A stretch of 64,000 nt of DNA from Octopus sinensis (taxonomy: Eukaryota), in the NCBI RefSeq assembly GCF_006345805.1, contig NC_043004.1, positions 32,674,001-32,738,000 on the forward strand, given 5' to 3'. Numbering within the stretch: position 1 is the stretch's first letter; the number at the start of each line of letters is the position of its first letter. A program made the position numbers and the translations under genes. Shown piece by piece: positions 11,561 to 24,710 of the stretch. Under the pieces are notes generated by a model, which saw only the letters and a program-made list of their open reading frames with translations, did not search any database and was not told the DNA's origin.

Positions 11561-12804
11561 GTTTTGCTTTCCTGGTTAAATGCTTACTCATTTGGTACAA
11601 TGGTGGAGTGAAATAGGAAATGAAAGACAAGTACAAAGAGAATTTCTAACAAAAGGCGGTTTGTTGCTCAGCGCGGATTTGTATTGTCAAATGTATTTTG
11701 TGTGTGTGTGTGTGTGTGAATTAAAATTAGGATAGTCCAACTAACAACAATATTTTGTTCTTCAAATTTATTATGAATTATTTTCTTCAGAATTTACTTT
11801 AGTAATAAACTCTTTGAAAGTATCTTTTTAATGTATGCGAGACACTCCTAAATTTCACAGCAAACTATTCACTATTCTCACCCCGAACTTTTTAAACCTG
11901 AGTAATTCTAAACAGGTCTGCTTCTTTTGTGTATTTTTGTTGTTTTCTTTAGGTTGGAATTCGTAGCCTTACCATTCCCTGCTACCCCATTCTAATCTGA
12001 AAATCTACATAATTCCTAATTCTTAATGTACACTGGTATCTGAATGTCACCGATAACATAGCAACCCGCTTTAGGTCTTCCTTGTTGTTGATAAAGCGGG
12101 GGTTGGACGGGGCACAGGTAACACATTTCCTTTCTCTCTTCTCCCCCGCCCTATCACTAATCTCGTTTGTCACACATGCCACCCACACGCTTCATACGTT
12201 TATCTATAAATAAATAATCTACCAAAATTCGCATGTACGCACCTCCACCCGCACAGGCGTTTACATACATAAACACACAAATTGTATAAATAAATTATAT
12301 GTGTGTGTATATATATATATATGTGTGTGTGTGTGTACATACATTCATATTTCGGACTGACTTGGTGTGTTTACACCTATTTGTCTACAGTGAAAAAATT
12401 TCTCCATGACAAAAAATATAGCGATTTTATTATTACGGGTTCAAATATACGTGAAACATATTTGGACTGAAAGCAAGTTTAGATTTGTTCTCATCACTGC
12501 TTGGTGCCTCTACTCTGTATTTTATTTATAGCAAGCCACTGATTAGTGCAACCACTCACACAGTACGATGACAGGAATATAGAAATATCCATCCCTTGTC
12601 AGGTCCTAGCAGTCTCCGTTCCGGTATCTGATGCTGAGGAGGAGATAACCACTCCGTAATGCATTATGTACAGATTCGACAACTTTTCCTACGTTAGTTA
12701 TTTCCCTTCGCTAAATTGTAGATTTTTAAACATACGCGCGCGCGCGCACACACACACATATACACACACACACACACACCCACTCACCCACTCATTCACT
12801 CACT

Positions 12805-12851
<47 letters not shown>

Positions 12852-12964
12852 CTTTAGTCTATGAGTTGCGTAGATAATCTCAATGAGTCGAAGTTTTTGG
12901 ACTCGTATTCCATAAGGCGCCCCTGAGATATACACCTTCTTTCATATTATACTGTTTCTGATTT

Positions 12965-13140
12965 AGACGTAAAGGGATTTAATCGATTACGTCGACTCCT
13001 GCACTTGGCTGGTACTTTGAACGACCTCGGAGGGAAAAGGGACAAAGTTCGCCTTGGTGAGATTTCAACTCAGAACGCAAAACATTGGAAAACATTCCGC
13101 AACACATTTTCCCGTTGCTTTAACGATTCAACCTGTGAGC
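12965..13140 (-). mobile_element. SINE family B-related, highly diverged
   Basis: Remnants AATCGATTACGTCGAC, CTGGTACTT and AACTCAGAACG in family order. Confidence 0.55.
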
Positions 13141-13671
13141 TTTTGATTCGACTCACAAATTTAACAACTGGTTCTGACGTCACCGAATGAAGGTGAGAAA
13201 ATGTTGATATTAATAAACGGAGGCAAACAATCAGCTATTTCTTTACGTTGATGTCACTATGATGTCACCAGCCGACTGTTGTTGTAGATGGTTGTTCTTT
13301 TAAGTTAACTTGTTTTCAAGCAGACATATAAAAGAGTCCAGTCGTGACTATCTTATGTTCTATACTTTTTTCTCTTTGTGTAGTGTACTCGGGGCTATAT
13401 AATTGGGTTAGTATGCAGTTTAACCCATGCAAACCGATCGTCTGTTTAAACTGACACTTTATTTATAAAGGTATAAAACAAATACTTGATATAAATTGTG
13501 ATTTGTGTATGATTTGTATCAAAGAATGAAAATGTTCTTAACACGTATGCAGTCTGTATCAAACGGATTTCAGTGAAATTTTTTCAGTAGCTATTTAGGT
13601 CAAAATAACAGTATCTGTGAATTTTCAAGCAATTTCATTCACGATAAAAATTTCAACACGAAGTGGGTTAA

Positions 13672-14076
13672 GGCGGCGAGCTGGCAGAACCGTTAGCACG
13701 CCGGACGAAATGCCTAGCGGTACTTCGTCTGCCGTTACGTTCTGAGTTCAAATTCCGCCGAGGTCGACTTTGTCTTTCATCCTTTCGGGGTCGATTAAAT
13801 AAGTACCAGTTACGCACTGGGGTCGATGTAATCGACTTAATACCTATGTCTGTCCTTGTTTGTCCCCTCTGTGTTTAGCCCCTTGTGGGTAATAAAGAAA
13901 TAGGTACTTCGTCTGCCGTTACATTCTGAGTTTAAATTCCGCCGAGGTCGACTTTGCCTTTCATCCTTTCGGGGGTCGATTAAATAAGTACCAGTTACGC
14001 ACTGGGGTCGATGTAATCGACTTAATCCTTGTTTGTCCTCTCTGTGTTTAGCTCCTTGTGGGCAATAAAGAAATAG
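13672..14076 (+). mobile_element. SINE family B, dimeric copy
   Basis: A full unit is followed by a second unit restarting at GGTACTTCGTC (13719 and 13903; 184-bp period). Confidence 0.9.
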
Positions 14077-14259
14077 ATATGCAGTATAGGGGTTTTAAAA
14101 AATGAAAGTAAATTAACCTGGGGCTAAACAATATCTATAACAATGTATCGAGGGAAACTCTAAGGGTCACCGGGCCTGTTAGAAATATCAGCCAATTCTT
14201 CCGCAAACCAAGCACTATCACCTTAAAAAAGGAAGAGCAGGTCTTTTCTTTTTCTTTTG

Positions 14260-14460
14260 TTATTTGTTTCAGTTATCGGACCATGCTGGGGCATCGCTTT
14301 GAAGGGTTTCAGTGGAATAAACCAACTCCAGTACTAATATTTTAAAGTCTAGTATTTATTCTCTCCGTGTCTTTTGCCGAACCGCTAAGTTATGGGCACA
14401 TAAACCAATACCGATTGTCAAGCCGTGGTGGATACGATACACACACACACGCACACATAC
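14260..14460 (-). mobile_element. SINE family A, 3' half
   Basis: CCATGCTGGGGCA...GCCGAACCGCTAAGTTA...GGTTGTCAAGC-type motifs in family order. Confidence 0.7.
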
Positions 14461-14468
14461 ACGCCATA

Positions 14469-14854
14469 TCTTTATATATAAAAGTGAAGTTGTGTGTCTG
14501 TCTCCTACGATTTAGATTCCTAACTACTCCCACATTTTGCGGTGCAGTGTAACCAAAAGCGGGTATCTTACAGTCGTGATTCATATCGAGCCCTTCTGGG
14601 TATTAGCGCGAGTCTACGATTTAAAAAAAAATTTACCACAATTTTTTCCCATTATTAATGCATTTTTTTGCTATTATATAAGGGAAGTAACTCTCTAAAA
14701 ATGTATTATTAAATCTCAGAACGTAAAAAGCTACAGTAACACTACCCCCTTTGTGGTTAGCCATATTGAGATGGCTATTATACTTTACATCTCTAAAAAT
14801 GCTTATACAGTTATTTCCCTTACAAACCCGAGCAACGCCGGGCGATACTGCTAG
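14469..14854 (+). mobile_element. Non-autonomous Helitron
   Basis: 5' TC, subterminal GC hairpin CCCGAGCAACGCCGGG, 3' CTAG, inserted between A and T. Confidence 0.85.
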
Positions 14855-14880
14855 TATATATATATACATATACATATATG

Positions 14881-15222
14881 TAAAAGTAATTTTAGAACCC
14901 CCTTCAACTCAATCAATACTGAAACGTTTTATACCCGACCACTCCATAAAACGTTAAGAATTAAATCTTATACTAGCTATATCTATTCTGAATCCTGTAT
15001 TTTCCGTTTATAAAGACTACACGTGTTTCATGAAAGTACGTCGGTATTGGTTAGATACGAGGTATCATGAAACACGTGTCGTCTTATAAACGGAAAATAC
15101 AGGATTCAGTATAGATTTAGTTAGTATAATATTTAATATTTAACATTTTATGGTGTGGTCGGGTATAAAATCTTTCAGTGTTGATTGAGTTGAAGGGGGT
15201 TCTGTCTCTAAAACTACTTTTA
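14881..15222. repeat. Fold-back inverted repeat, about 155-bp arms, 31-nt spacer
   Basis: 14881-15033 is the reverse complement of 15065-15222 with scattered mismatches; TA-rich flanks. Confidence 0.9.
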
Positions 15223-15329
15223 TATATACGAATTAAACATTGAGAGATGTTCATCTTAGTACATCTAATTTGAATGTCTTTTTCCTGTGTACCCGGAAGT
15301 AATATTCCCTAATGACAACACACACACAC

Positions 15330-15510
15330 ACATATATATATATGTATATATACATATACACACGACGGGCTTCTTTCAGTTTCTCTCTACGAAATCTACT
15401 CCCAAGGCTTTGGTCCGAGGCTATAGTAGAAATCAGTTGCTCAAGGTGTCACGCAGTGGGACTGAACCCGGGACCATGTAGTCGGGAAGCAAACTTCTTA
15501 ACTTCACATC
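15330..15510 (-). mobile_element. SINE family A head
   Basis: ACGACGGGCTTCTTTCAGTTTC...GCAGTGGGACTGAACCC motifs. Confidence 0.8.
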
Positions 15511-16395
15511 CGTTGTAAGAAAGGCGAGGTTGTCATAGTTGGAATACTATAGATCATACGTCTGTTGAATCTACGTCGACCTAGGGTTAAACAGAGCAGC
15601 AATTACCAGAGGTATTGAGGGAAGAGTAAGCTTGAAGTTCCTGCTAAACGGTAACTACGATCTGGTGTGTTCAAGAGTATAAATATCCCCAGTTGAATAC
15701 CTCTTACAGTGAGATGGTAAAAGGGAAGCGAGAGACAGTGACCATTCGCTTGTTGGGTTAGCAGGAAGGGACAGGGCCCATAGCATTCACAGACTCTCCT
15801 AGAATGTTAATGTATATCGTGAATCATTAAAAGTCAACACCAGAGGGTATGGAATGATCGAGGAGTGAGTTTCAGAGAAGGAAGGAAGGAAGAAAGGAAG
15901 GACTGGTGCCAAGAATTTTGAATTTTGTAGGTTCTTTCTGAGCTTTGAGAAAGATCTGGCTGTTCAGTTTTAACACCCGTTGCAAAAAACGTGGGCGGGT
16001 TTGCAATATGGAGGGTCGAAATCCAGAGAGCATTTGGGGGTCTGGATTAGATGTTTTAAGGGGGGAAAGGATTTAGGGTGGAGGGACAAGTAAGGGTGAC
16101 GGGAGAAGTGTAATCCACACCTGCCTGCGTGACTATTTGTTTACCTTTGTGAGTCAGCAACTGATTAGAATCGAAGCAATTCCTGGTTCGGAGCCCTGGT
16201 TTTGAGGGATTTTGCTCTATAATTCACGATAAGGGTGAGGTCATGTTAGATTCCTTGATATGAGTAAAATATCGTGAGGTTGTTGAAAGTCGTGCCAGGA
16301 TGTTAGAGTTTCAGTGACAGTCTGGTAAAAGTTCTGACAAGAAGACATGGGCGCTACAACAATATTATAAACTTACATACATATATACATACATA

Positions 16396-17277
16396 ATGAT
16401 TTGGGATAGAGAAGAGAAACTGTGCACAGTTGTGGAAATTAGCTGCCCAGCGGATGTTAACATAAAGCTTAAGATGAGTGAAAAAGAGAATACCTATGTT
16501 GAACTATTAAGAAATCTGCAGTTACTCTATCCAGATTACAAGTTCAGGTTTATACCTGTAATTATTAGGGCTCTGGGATATGAAACACACTACCTAAATA
16601 TCAATCTTGAGAAATTAGGCTTCTCAAAACCAGAAAGGAGAAAGCTGATTCGAAGACTACAGATCCAATCCATCACTGGAACTGTAAGAATCTGTAAAAC
16701 TTTCCTGAAGTTTATCATTTAAAATATATATTAGCATGTTTAGATACGCAACTATATACATGAGAGTGGATGGAAGCACTCCGTTGGTTACGACGATGAG
16801 GGTTCCGGTTGATCCGAATCAATGGAACAGCCTGCTCGTGAAATTAACGTGTAAGTGGCTGAGCACTCCACAGACACGTGTACCCTTAACGTAGTTTTCG
16901 GGGATATTCAGCTTGACACAGAGAGTGACAAGGCCGGCCCTTTGAAATACAGGTACAACAGAAACAGGAAGTAAGAGTGAGAGAAAGTTGTGGTGAAAGA
17001 GTACAGCAGGGATCACCACCATCCCCTGCCGGAACCTCGTGGAGCTTTAGGTGTTTTCGCTCAATAAACACTCACAACGCCCGGTCTGGGAATCGAAACC
17101 GCGATCCTATGACCGCGAGTCCGCTGCCCTAACCACTGGGCCATTGCGCCTCCACTATTACATACATACATAGAAAAATACTGTGTTGTTGATGTTGAAA
17201 TTCCAATGAAGGAACCTTGGATCTAGGTTAGAAACTGGCTCCTTCTCTATTGGCAAGAAATATTGAAATAAACTGAA
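16396..17277 (+). mobile_element. R4/Dong-like LINE 3' end (restriction-like endonuclease ORF 16396-16722 plus 3' UTR interrupted by a SINE)
   Basis: IWDREEKLCTVVEISCPAD...EKENTY...FIPVIIRALG fits the PD-(D/E)xK RLE C-terminus. The UTR resumes at 17158 and matches the contiguous copy at 44990-45250. Confidence 0.8.
16763..17154 (-). mobile_element. SINE family C, full length
   Basis: tRNA-like head GGCGCAATGGCCCAGTGGTTAGGGCAGCGGACTCGCGG...GGTTTCGATTCCC; homologous to 36335-36723. Confidence 0.9.
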
Positions 17278-17611
17278 CACCCGCCCACACACACACGGAC
17301 ACGCATGCACACACCAATCATCAAACGGAAAAATATTGCAACATCGATCTTAAAGACATTCTGTTCTTTCCTTTGTTAACTCACACAGAAAAAAGCGAGA
17401 ACAAAACGTTGGAGTTTAAGATTTCATTACAATCTGTTACTTGTCAGTAGGTGTGCATAGAAACGATTCTTCGCACCGGTATGTGTGTGTGTGTGTGTGT
17501 GTGTGAATGTGTGTGTGTGTGTGTGTGCGTGAGCGCGGCGTATATGTGTGTGTATATATATATATGTGTGCGTATATATATGTGTGCATCTATATATATG
17601 TGTGTGCGTGC

Positions 17612-17662
<51 letters not shown>

Positions 17663-17663
<1 letters not shown>

Positions 17664-17830
17664 CGTTCTGAGTTCAAATTCCGCCGAGGTCGACTTTGCC
17701 TTTCATCCTTTCGGGGTCGATAAATTAAGTACCAGTTACGCACTGGGGTCGATGTAATCGACTTAATCCGTTTGTCTGTCCTTGTTTGTCCCCTCTATGT
17801 TTAGCCCCTTTGTGGGTAGTAAAGAAACAT
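17663..17830 (+). mobile_element. SINE family B, 5'-truncated
   Basis: Near-consensus core and tail. Confidence 0.9.
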
Positions 17831-17900
17831 ATATATATATGTATATATATGTGTGTATAATATATGTGTATATATATATTTATATATATATGTATAGTTT

Positions 17901-17935
<35 letters not shown>

Positions 17936-17942
17936 ACTATAC

Positions 17943-17975
<33 letters not shown>

Positions 17976-18064
17976 CACACATATATACATAGATATACAC
18001 ATATATTATACACACATGTATAGTTTTATATATATATATATGTGCATAGATATATGTATATATG

Positions 18065-18095
<31 letters not shown>

Positions 18096-18929
18096 ATATG
18101 TGTATATATGTGTATATATATGTGTATATATGTATGTATATATATATTATTTTAAATATATGACGGCTACTACCCACTGCTAGGTATGACTCAGTATCAA
18201 CGTGTACCATGCTTTTTGCTAACAGTTTCATTGGCCTTCCATCACCCAGTGGTGCAACCATGATTGTAACAGCTGGAAGAAGAAAAGGCTGACTTGTGTG
18301 CGTGCGCGTGTGTTTGTATGTAAGTATTTGTGTACGTGTGCGTACGTATGTATCTATGTATTATGAGTGGAGGTATTATATAGGTAGATTTTAGTGAGTT
18401 TTTGTGTTATTACGTACGGTGAAAACACACTAGCTTTCATAAATATTAAGCGTATAGGTTTATAATTCCAGCTTACAACACTTCATTACTCCGAGTTTCA
18501 TATTTGTATTTTCCAGCATTCCACAGACAGGATTGGCTGGTGGAGTGAGTAGCTCTTTTGGTCGGGTGGGGCTTCATGCGTTTCACTGTTTTAGGTTATC
18601 TGCTTTTACTTTTGTTCAGTATTCTGTTGGGGGTTAGAAAGAATGAACTTCTTTTCTTGATGGAACTTAAAAATTAATTCTCATTTTATATTCACTTTGG
18701 TGGTATTGATATATTTTCCACCATTATAGAAGCGACAAAATTTTGAACGGTTTCGCCGATAAGAAAATGGAAGGAGGGAAAACAACTTTAGTTTTAGTTA
18801 CCCGGATATCTGTGTAGCTCCCCAATAGAGAAAAAGTATAGGAGGAGCTTGGAACTTGCAGTGAGACACATCTTAAAGAGAGACTAAGGAGAAAATAAGA
18901 GTTGCATTGAAACTCCAAAATGCAACCCT

Positions 18930-19090
18930 TGCGTTTAAACCCATTTAAGACTACAACATGATCGAGAAGTGTTCTTGTTACCGAGTGAAATGTAGACAAC
19001 ATAATGTAAAAAATACAGATGTTGTAATCACTCAAGTACCATATATAGCTTGATAATGCTGTATTGTATCTTTTGTCTGTAAATACGTAA
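18930..19090 (-). mobile_element. Degenerate Penelope-like GIY-YIG fragment
   Basis: DKRYNTALSSYIWYLSDYNI aligns with NKRKATQLSNHIWSLRDKGV of the 46953 ORF. Confidence 0.5.
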
Positions 19091-19699
19091 TAGATCATTT
19101 GTGCCTTTCGTCCGTGCAGAATTTGTCAAAAAGGTGTGCTGACGTTGATATTAGTATCCCAGTTTGTCATTCCAAATCGTAAGGCCTTGATCATACATAC
19201 ATGATGGATGCAAACTCGTGTTCGAGTATTGCCATCGCCTGATTGACAGTCCCAGACATGCGTAAGCTGTGACCACCGATTTTCGTGATAGGTCTTACAT
19301 TTTTTCAAGCGATGCATGATGATTTCTTGTTTTATAGTGGGGAAAAGATTTGCACAAATACAGCCCCACTCTCTGAACATGGACAACATAAAATCGAAAA
19401 GAAGACCTAGCCTACATCATCGAATATAGTTAGTGTCGCAAGTTTTCTCTCAGAGTTTCCCCTCTCTTAGACAGATGTTGTGACAGCAAAAGAGGGCCTT
19501 CCACTCCCAATGAGCCAACCGCGCGTCTGGACACCAACCCAAGTATTTCCACGTCCCCGCGCATATATACATGCATACATATTGTTGGATGGCCGTTGAC
19601 TGCTCATGAGCTCTTCCGTCCTTTGACAGATCTTAGTTTTCGTCCTGCTGGGTGTCTAACAATCCCCCTACCAAGCAAGGTTGATGGGGTTGTACTAGG

Positions 19700-19700
<1 letters not shown>

Positions 19701-19730
<30 letters not shown>

Positions 19731-19865
19731 CATACATACATACATACATACTAACAAAAATACGCTGTTGTTGATGTTGAAATTGCAATGAAGGAACCTT
19801 GGATCTAGGTTAGAAACCGGTTCTTTCTCTATTGGTAAGAAATCTTGAAATAAACTGAATAATGA
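19701..19865 (+). mobile_element. R4/Dong-like LINE 3' UTR end
   Basis: (TACA)n followed by GTTGATGTTGAAATT.CAATGAAGGAACCTTGG...AAATAAACTGAAT, as at 17183-17277. Confidence 0.8.
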
Positions 19866-19954
19866 CACATATATATACATATGTAGAAATGTATACCATA
19901 TATATGTGTAGTATATAAACACGCACACAATACACACAGATACACACTTTCTAG

Positions 19955-20140
19955 GATAGAGTATAACAGTTCTATATTTAAGAGATGAGGAATTATGTAC
20001 ATTATTTACATTCGACGGATATTTGTTCTCATCTTGTTTGTTGTTAGCATAACGTTTCGGCTGATATACCCTTCAGCCTTCATTAGGTGTCTTGGGGAAA
20101 TTTCGAACCTGGGTTCTCATTCCTAAGGTATTTTTCGATG
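19955..20140 (-). mobile_element. Probable solo PLE terminal repeat containing a hammerhead motif
   Basis: Contains the motif at 20047-20090; abuts a (TTA)n run. Confidence 0.6.
20047..20090 (-). ncRNA. Minimal hammerhead ribozyme motif, core mutated
   Basis: ACAC CTAATGA A GGCTG-loop-CAGCC GAAA C GTT; G5 is replaced by A. Confidence 0.6.
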
Positions 20141-20150
20141 TTATTATTAC

Positions 20151-20194
<44 letters not shown>

Positions 20195-20892
20195 GTGTTT
20201 AGGTCACTGCTTGGAATCGAACTCGGAATCTTGGGGTTAGTAGCTCGAGCTCTTAACCACTACGTCATATGCCCCTGGGCATATAACATTTTAACAAAAC
20301 ACTGGTATCACGCTCTATATTATACATAAAAAGACAAGTCGTTTATATCTGTTTGCATAAATTGTTCTCTGTAACCTATAGATATATTCTATGCTAGATT
20401 ATATAATGTATATAGTACTGTATAGCATTAAAACAAAACACATTCAACAGACGAGTAAGTTGCAGCTTTATTATGATAGCTGGGTCAATAGATAACCAGT
20501 TCAGGCATTCAATCGTGTCTAATACGAAATAAGATCTAAAACAATTTTATCTCTAAACGATCTCAGACTTGAAAATTAAGCTAGTGTTAACGCATTTAAC
20601 GTGGTGAGTCTTAAATACGATCTAATTAGGAACACTTATATGTAGTGAGAAAACGATAACATTAGCTTCTGTGACTAATTTATTCCTAATTACGTCGGCA
20701 AGTTTAACAGCTGTGTAGTTAAGAAGTTGAATTTCGCAATCATGTAGTTCTAGGTTCGATTCCGTAGCGTCGCACTTTGAACGAATGTCTTGTCTTACAA
20801 TCTCGGAATTGCCGTATTCTTTGTGGTTAGAGTTTAGCTATTTTGCAGAAACATTATTTGCAAAATTATATTATATAAAATTATATTATAAA

Positions 20893-21122
20893 GGCGGCGA
20901 GCTGGTAGAATCGTTAGCACGCCGGGCGAAATGCGTAGCCGTATTTCGTCTACCGCTACGTCCTGGGTTCAAATTCCGCCGAGGTCGACTTAGCCTTTTA
21001 TCCTTTCGGGGTCGATAAATTAAGTACCAGTTACGCACTGGGGTCGATATAATCGACTTAATCCGTTTGTCTGTCCTTGTTTGTCCCCTCTGTGTTTAGC
21101 CCCTTGTGGGTAGTAAAGAAAT
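20893..21122 (+). mobile_element. SINE family B, full length
   Basis: GGCGGCGAGCTGG head through GTAAAGAAAT tail. Confidence 0.9.
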
Positions 21123-21589
21123 ATATATTATATTTTATTAAAACATAAACAATTTTAAGTTACTTCTACTGTAGCCCCAAGTCGACCAATGCACTCTCAT
21201 GAATTTGGTTGGTGGAAACCCTGTGTGTATGTGTATGTGTATGTGTGTGTGTGAGAGAGTGGATAATCCACGCAGCGCTTAACAACCGGTGCGGGTTTCA
21301 TTACATCCCTGAACTTTATCGGTTCGGTAAAAGAACATCAAGTGGAATATAGACCTGAGTTTAAAAACTAAATACTGGGGTAGTTAGGTAAATAAATATA
21401 TATATGTGTGTGTGTGTGTATGAATGTATATATGTATATATATGAATGTGTATATGTATGTGTATATATATGTGTATATATATATATATATGAATGTGTA
21501 TATGAATGTATGTATGTATGTATGTATGTATGTTTATATAAATATATATGTATGTATATTTCTTTATTCTTATGTATGTATATACACTC

Positions 21590-21969
21590 TCTCTCTTTTA
21601 CTCTTTTACTTGTTTCAGTCATTTGACTGCGGCCATGCTGCAACACCGCCTTTAATCGAGCAAATCGACCCCAGGACTTATTCTTTGTAAGCCTAGTACT
21701 TATTCTATCGGGACTTTTGCCGAACCGCTAAGTAACGGGGACGTGAACACACCAGCATCGGTTGTCAAGCGATGTTGGGGAGGACAAACACACACACATA
21801 TATATACATATACATATATACGACGGGCTTCTTTCAGTTTCCGTCTACCAAATCCACTCACAAGGCTATAGTAGAAGACACTTGCCCAAGGTGCCACGCA
21901 GTGGGACTGAACCCAGAACCATGTGCTTCTTAAGCAAGCTACTTACCACACAGCCACTCCTACGCCTAC

Positions 21970-21970
<1 letters not shown>
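21590..21970 (-). mobile_element. SINE family A, full length
   Basis: Head, spacer and 3' half present. Confidence 0.9.
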
Positions 21971-22018
<48 letters not shown>

Positions 22019-22179
22019 TATAATGTGTATATACATATGTATATAGGTATATATATATGTGTGTGTGTATGTACTTATGTATGTGTATATGATAAACGTA
22101 TGCATGGAACTTACGGGCATTGAGTTGCTTAATTACTTCGTAACTTCTACGGATTAAAAATATGTTTGCGTATAATCCG

Positions 22180-22285
<106 letters not shown>

Positions 22286-22323
22286 CATCTGTCTACACAC
22301 ACATACATGTATCTATGTGTGTG

Positions 22324-22367
<44 letters not shown>

Positions 22368-22636
22368 CTATGTATGTGTGTGTGTACTTTAAGCATATAT
22401 GTATTGATATGTATTCCTGTATATATGTTTGTGTATGTTGTATGTTTGCATATATGTGTGTATGCATGTATGTATGTGTATATATAGATATATATATATA
22501 TATATTATATATATATATAGATATATATATATATAATTATATATATATATATTATATATATATATATGTGTATATATCTATATATATATATGTGTATATA
22601 TATATATATATTAATATATAGATATATATATATATG

Positions 22637-22667
<31 letters not shown>

Positions 22668-22711
22668 GTATATTATATATATATATATATTATATATGTA
22701 TATATATATAC

Positions 22712-22746
<35 letters not shown>

Positions 22747-22762
22747 ATATATATATAATATA

Positions 22763-22801
<39 letters not shown>

Positions 22802-23041
22802 TATATATATATATATATTATATATATATTATATATATATATTATATATAATATATATATATATAATCTATTATCGTAAAAACTATTTGAGTATTGATTA
22901 TTAGTAATGTGTATCTGATAAGGTATTTCCGTCTGACAGTTTAACTTATCTGTCTAACTAAATATATAGCCAAGTATTTATTTTATTGTACATCTTTGAA
23001 GATACAGCGACGGCTTATCTAGCAAGTTGTTAAAGCGCGCC

Positions 23042-23079
<38 letters not shown>

Positions 23080-23107
23080 TATATATAAGCACACATACAC
23101 ATCTATA

Positions 23108-24045
23108 CAGTAGAACCTCGCAGTACGAGCACCATTGTACGAGTAATTTGGTGTACGAGCCGAGGCCCGTGCAATTTTTGTCTTTAAGTACGATCGGAAA
23201 TCCGCAGTACGAGCGGGTTTCATACAAGCGGCCGCTCGTCGGCGCTGGGCTCGCACACGCTCTCCCAACAAGCTCAGCCTCCGCTCGTTCAGTTGACGTG
23301 TTTATCTCGTTGTGGCAGCATCCCTGGTGTGGTTTTCTCAGTGTTTTCTTTTTTAGTTTTGCGCGTGTTTTGTTATTATTTTTATAGTAATTAGTTGTGT
23401 TAGCCATGGGTCTTAAGAAGGTTAGTGCAAAGGACAGTGCTGGGAAGAAGAAAAAGCTGATAACGGTAGAATTGAAGAAGAAAAAGCTGATAACGGTAGA
23501 ATTGAAGAAGAAAATCGTTGATAAACACGAGAGGGGAGTGCGTGTAGTGGACATAGCAGGTCAATACGACCGAAGCACATCGACGATCTATACCATCCTG
23601 CCGTTACAACAGCAAAGGTTGTCTCCACATCTGTCCACGAAGAGATGGAAAATTTGTTTCTGTGGATCAACGAAAAGCAATTCGCAGGGGATGCGATTAC
23701 GGAGACCATCGAGAAAGCACGAGCACTGTATAGGGATCCCCTGAAGCAGAACCCTGATACATCGATATCGTCGAGGAACACTCCGAGGAACTGATGACAG
23801 ATGAACTCCTGCAGCTTCAGGAGCAGCGGCGTTCGGATGCCATGAAAGAGATTGGTTCTCTGGAGGAGAACAGTGTGGTAGAAAATGCTATCTCTACGAG
23901 TGACATAAAGATAGTGTTGGCGAAGTGGCAGTATGTTTCTGAATTTGTAGAAAAATATCAAACTGAAAAAGGAAATACCAGGTCGTGCATCTGCTTTATT
24001 GAATGACTCTGCTCTGGAGCATTTTCGTAACATGAAGCATGTGTA
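23108..24045 (+). mobile_element. Internally deleted Tigger/pogo DNA transposon
   Basis: TA|CAGTAGAACCTCG left end. HTH segments (ITVELKKKIVDKHERGVRVVDIA...STIYTIL; EMENLFLWINEKQ..GD) and the acidic C-terminus (EEHSEELMTDELLQLQ) are present, but no DDE domain and no right TIR was found. Confidence 0.85.
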
Positions 24046-24349
24046 ATGGTGAATAAATAATAACCAAAAAAAATTTCAGAATTCTGTTTTCTTACTTACT
24101 TACGTACGTACGTACGTATGTATGTATGTATGTATGTATGTATGTATGTATGTATGTATGTATGTATGTATGTATGTATGTATGTATGCATGTGCGTATG
24201 TATGCATGTATGTATGCATGCATGTGCGTATGTATGCATTCATGCATGCATGTGCGTGTGTATGTATGTATGTATTCACATACATACAGCATACAAAGAT
24301 ATATAAACGGCGGTGCATCAGCATGGCCGCAGCTCTGAGCTGAAACTAG

Positions 24350-24383
<34 letters not shown>

Positions 24384-24504
24384 CTCATGTTTTGAGTTCT
24401 GTTTCTCTGCATTACCAAGCTTGCACACATTTATACATACGAAGACACACATACATATTGACGTGCTTAATATATACACTGACACATATAAGCTGAGAGA
24501 AAGC

Positions 24505-24577
<73 letters not shown>

Positions 24578-24674
24578 AGAACTTGAAGATGGATAAATAT
24601 ACAGAAAATCTTTTGTGCGCTAGTCAATATTTTCATAAATACATGTACATCCATATATAAAGCAATATATAAAG

Positions 24675-24710
<36 letters not shown>

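Noticed and set aside
13672-14076. Repeated units as a CRISPR array or tRNA genes
   Set aside because: No repeat-spacer periodicity or cas genes; the tRNA-like parts are SINE heads without a full cloverleaf.
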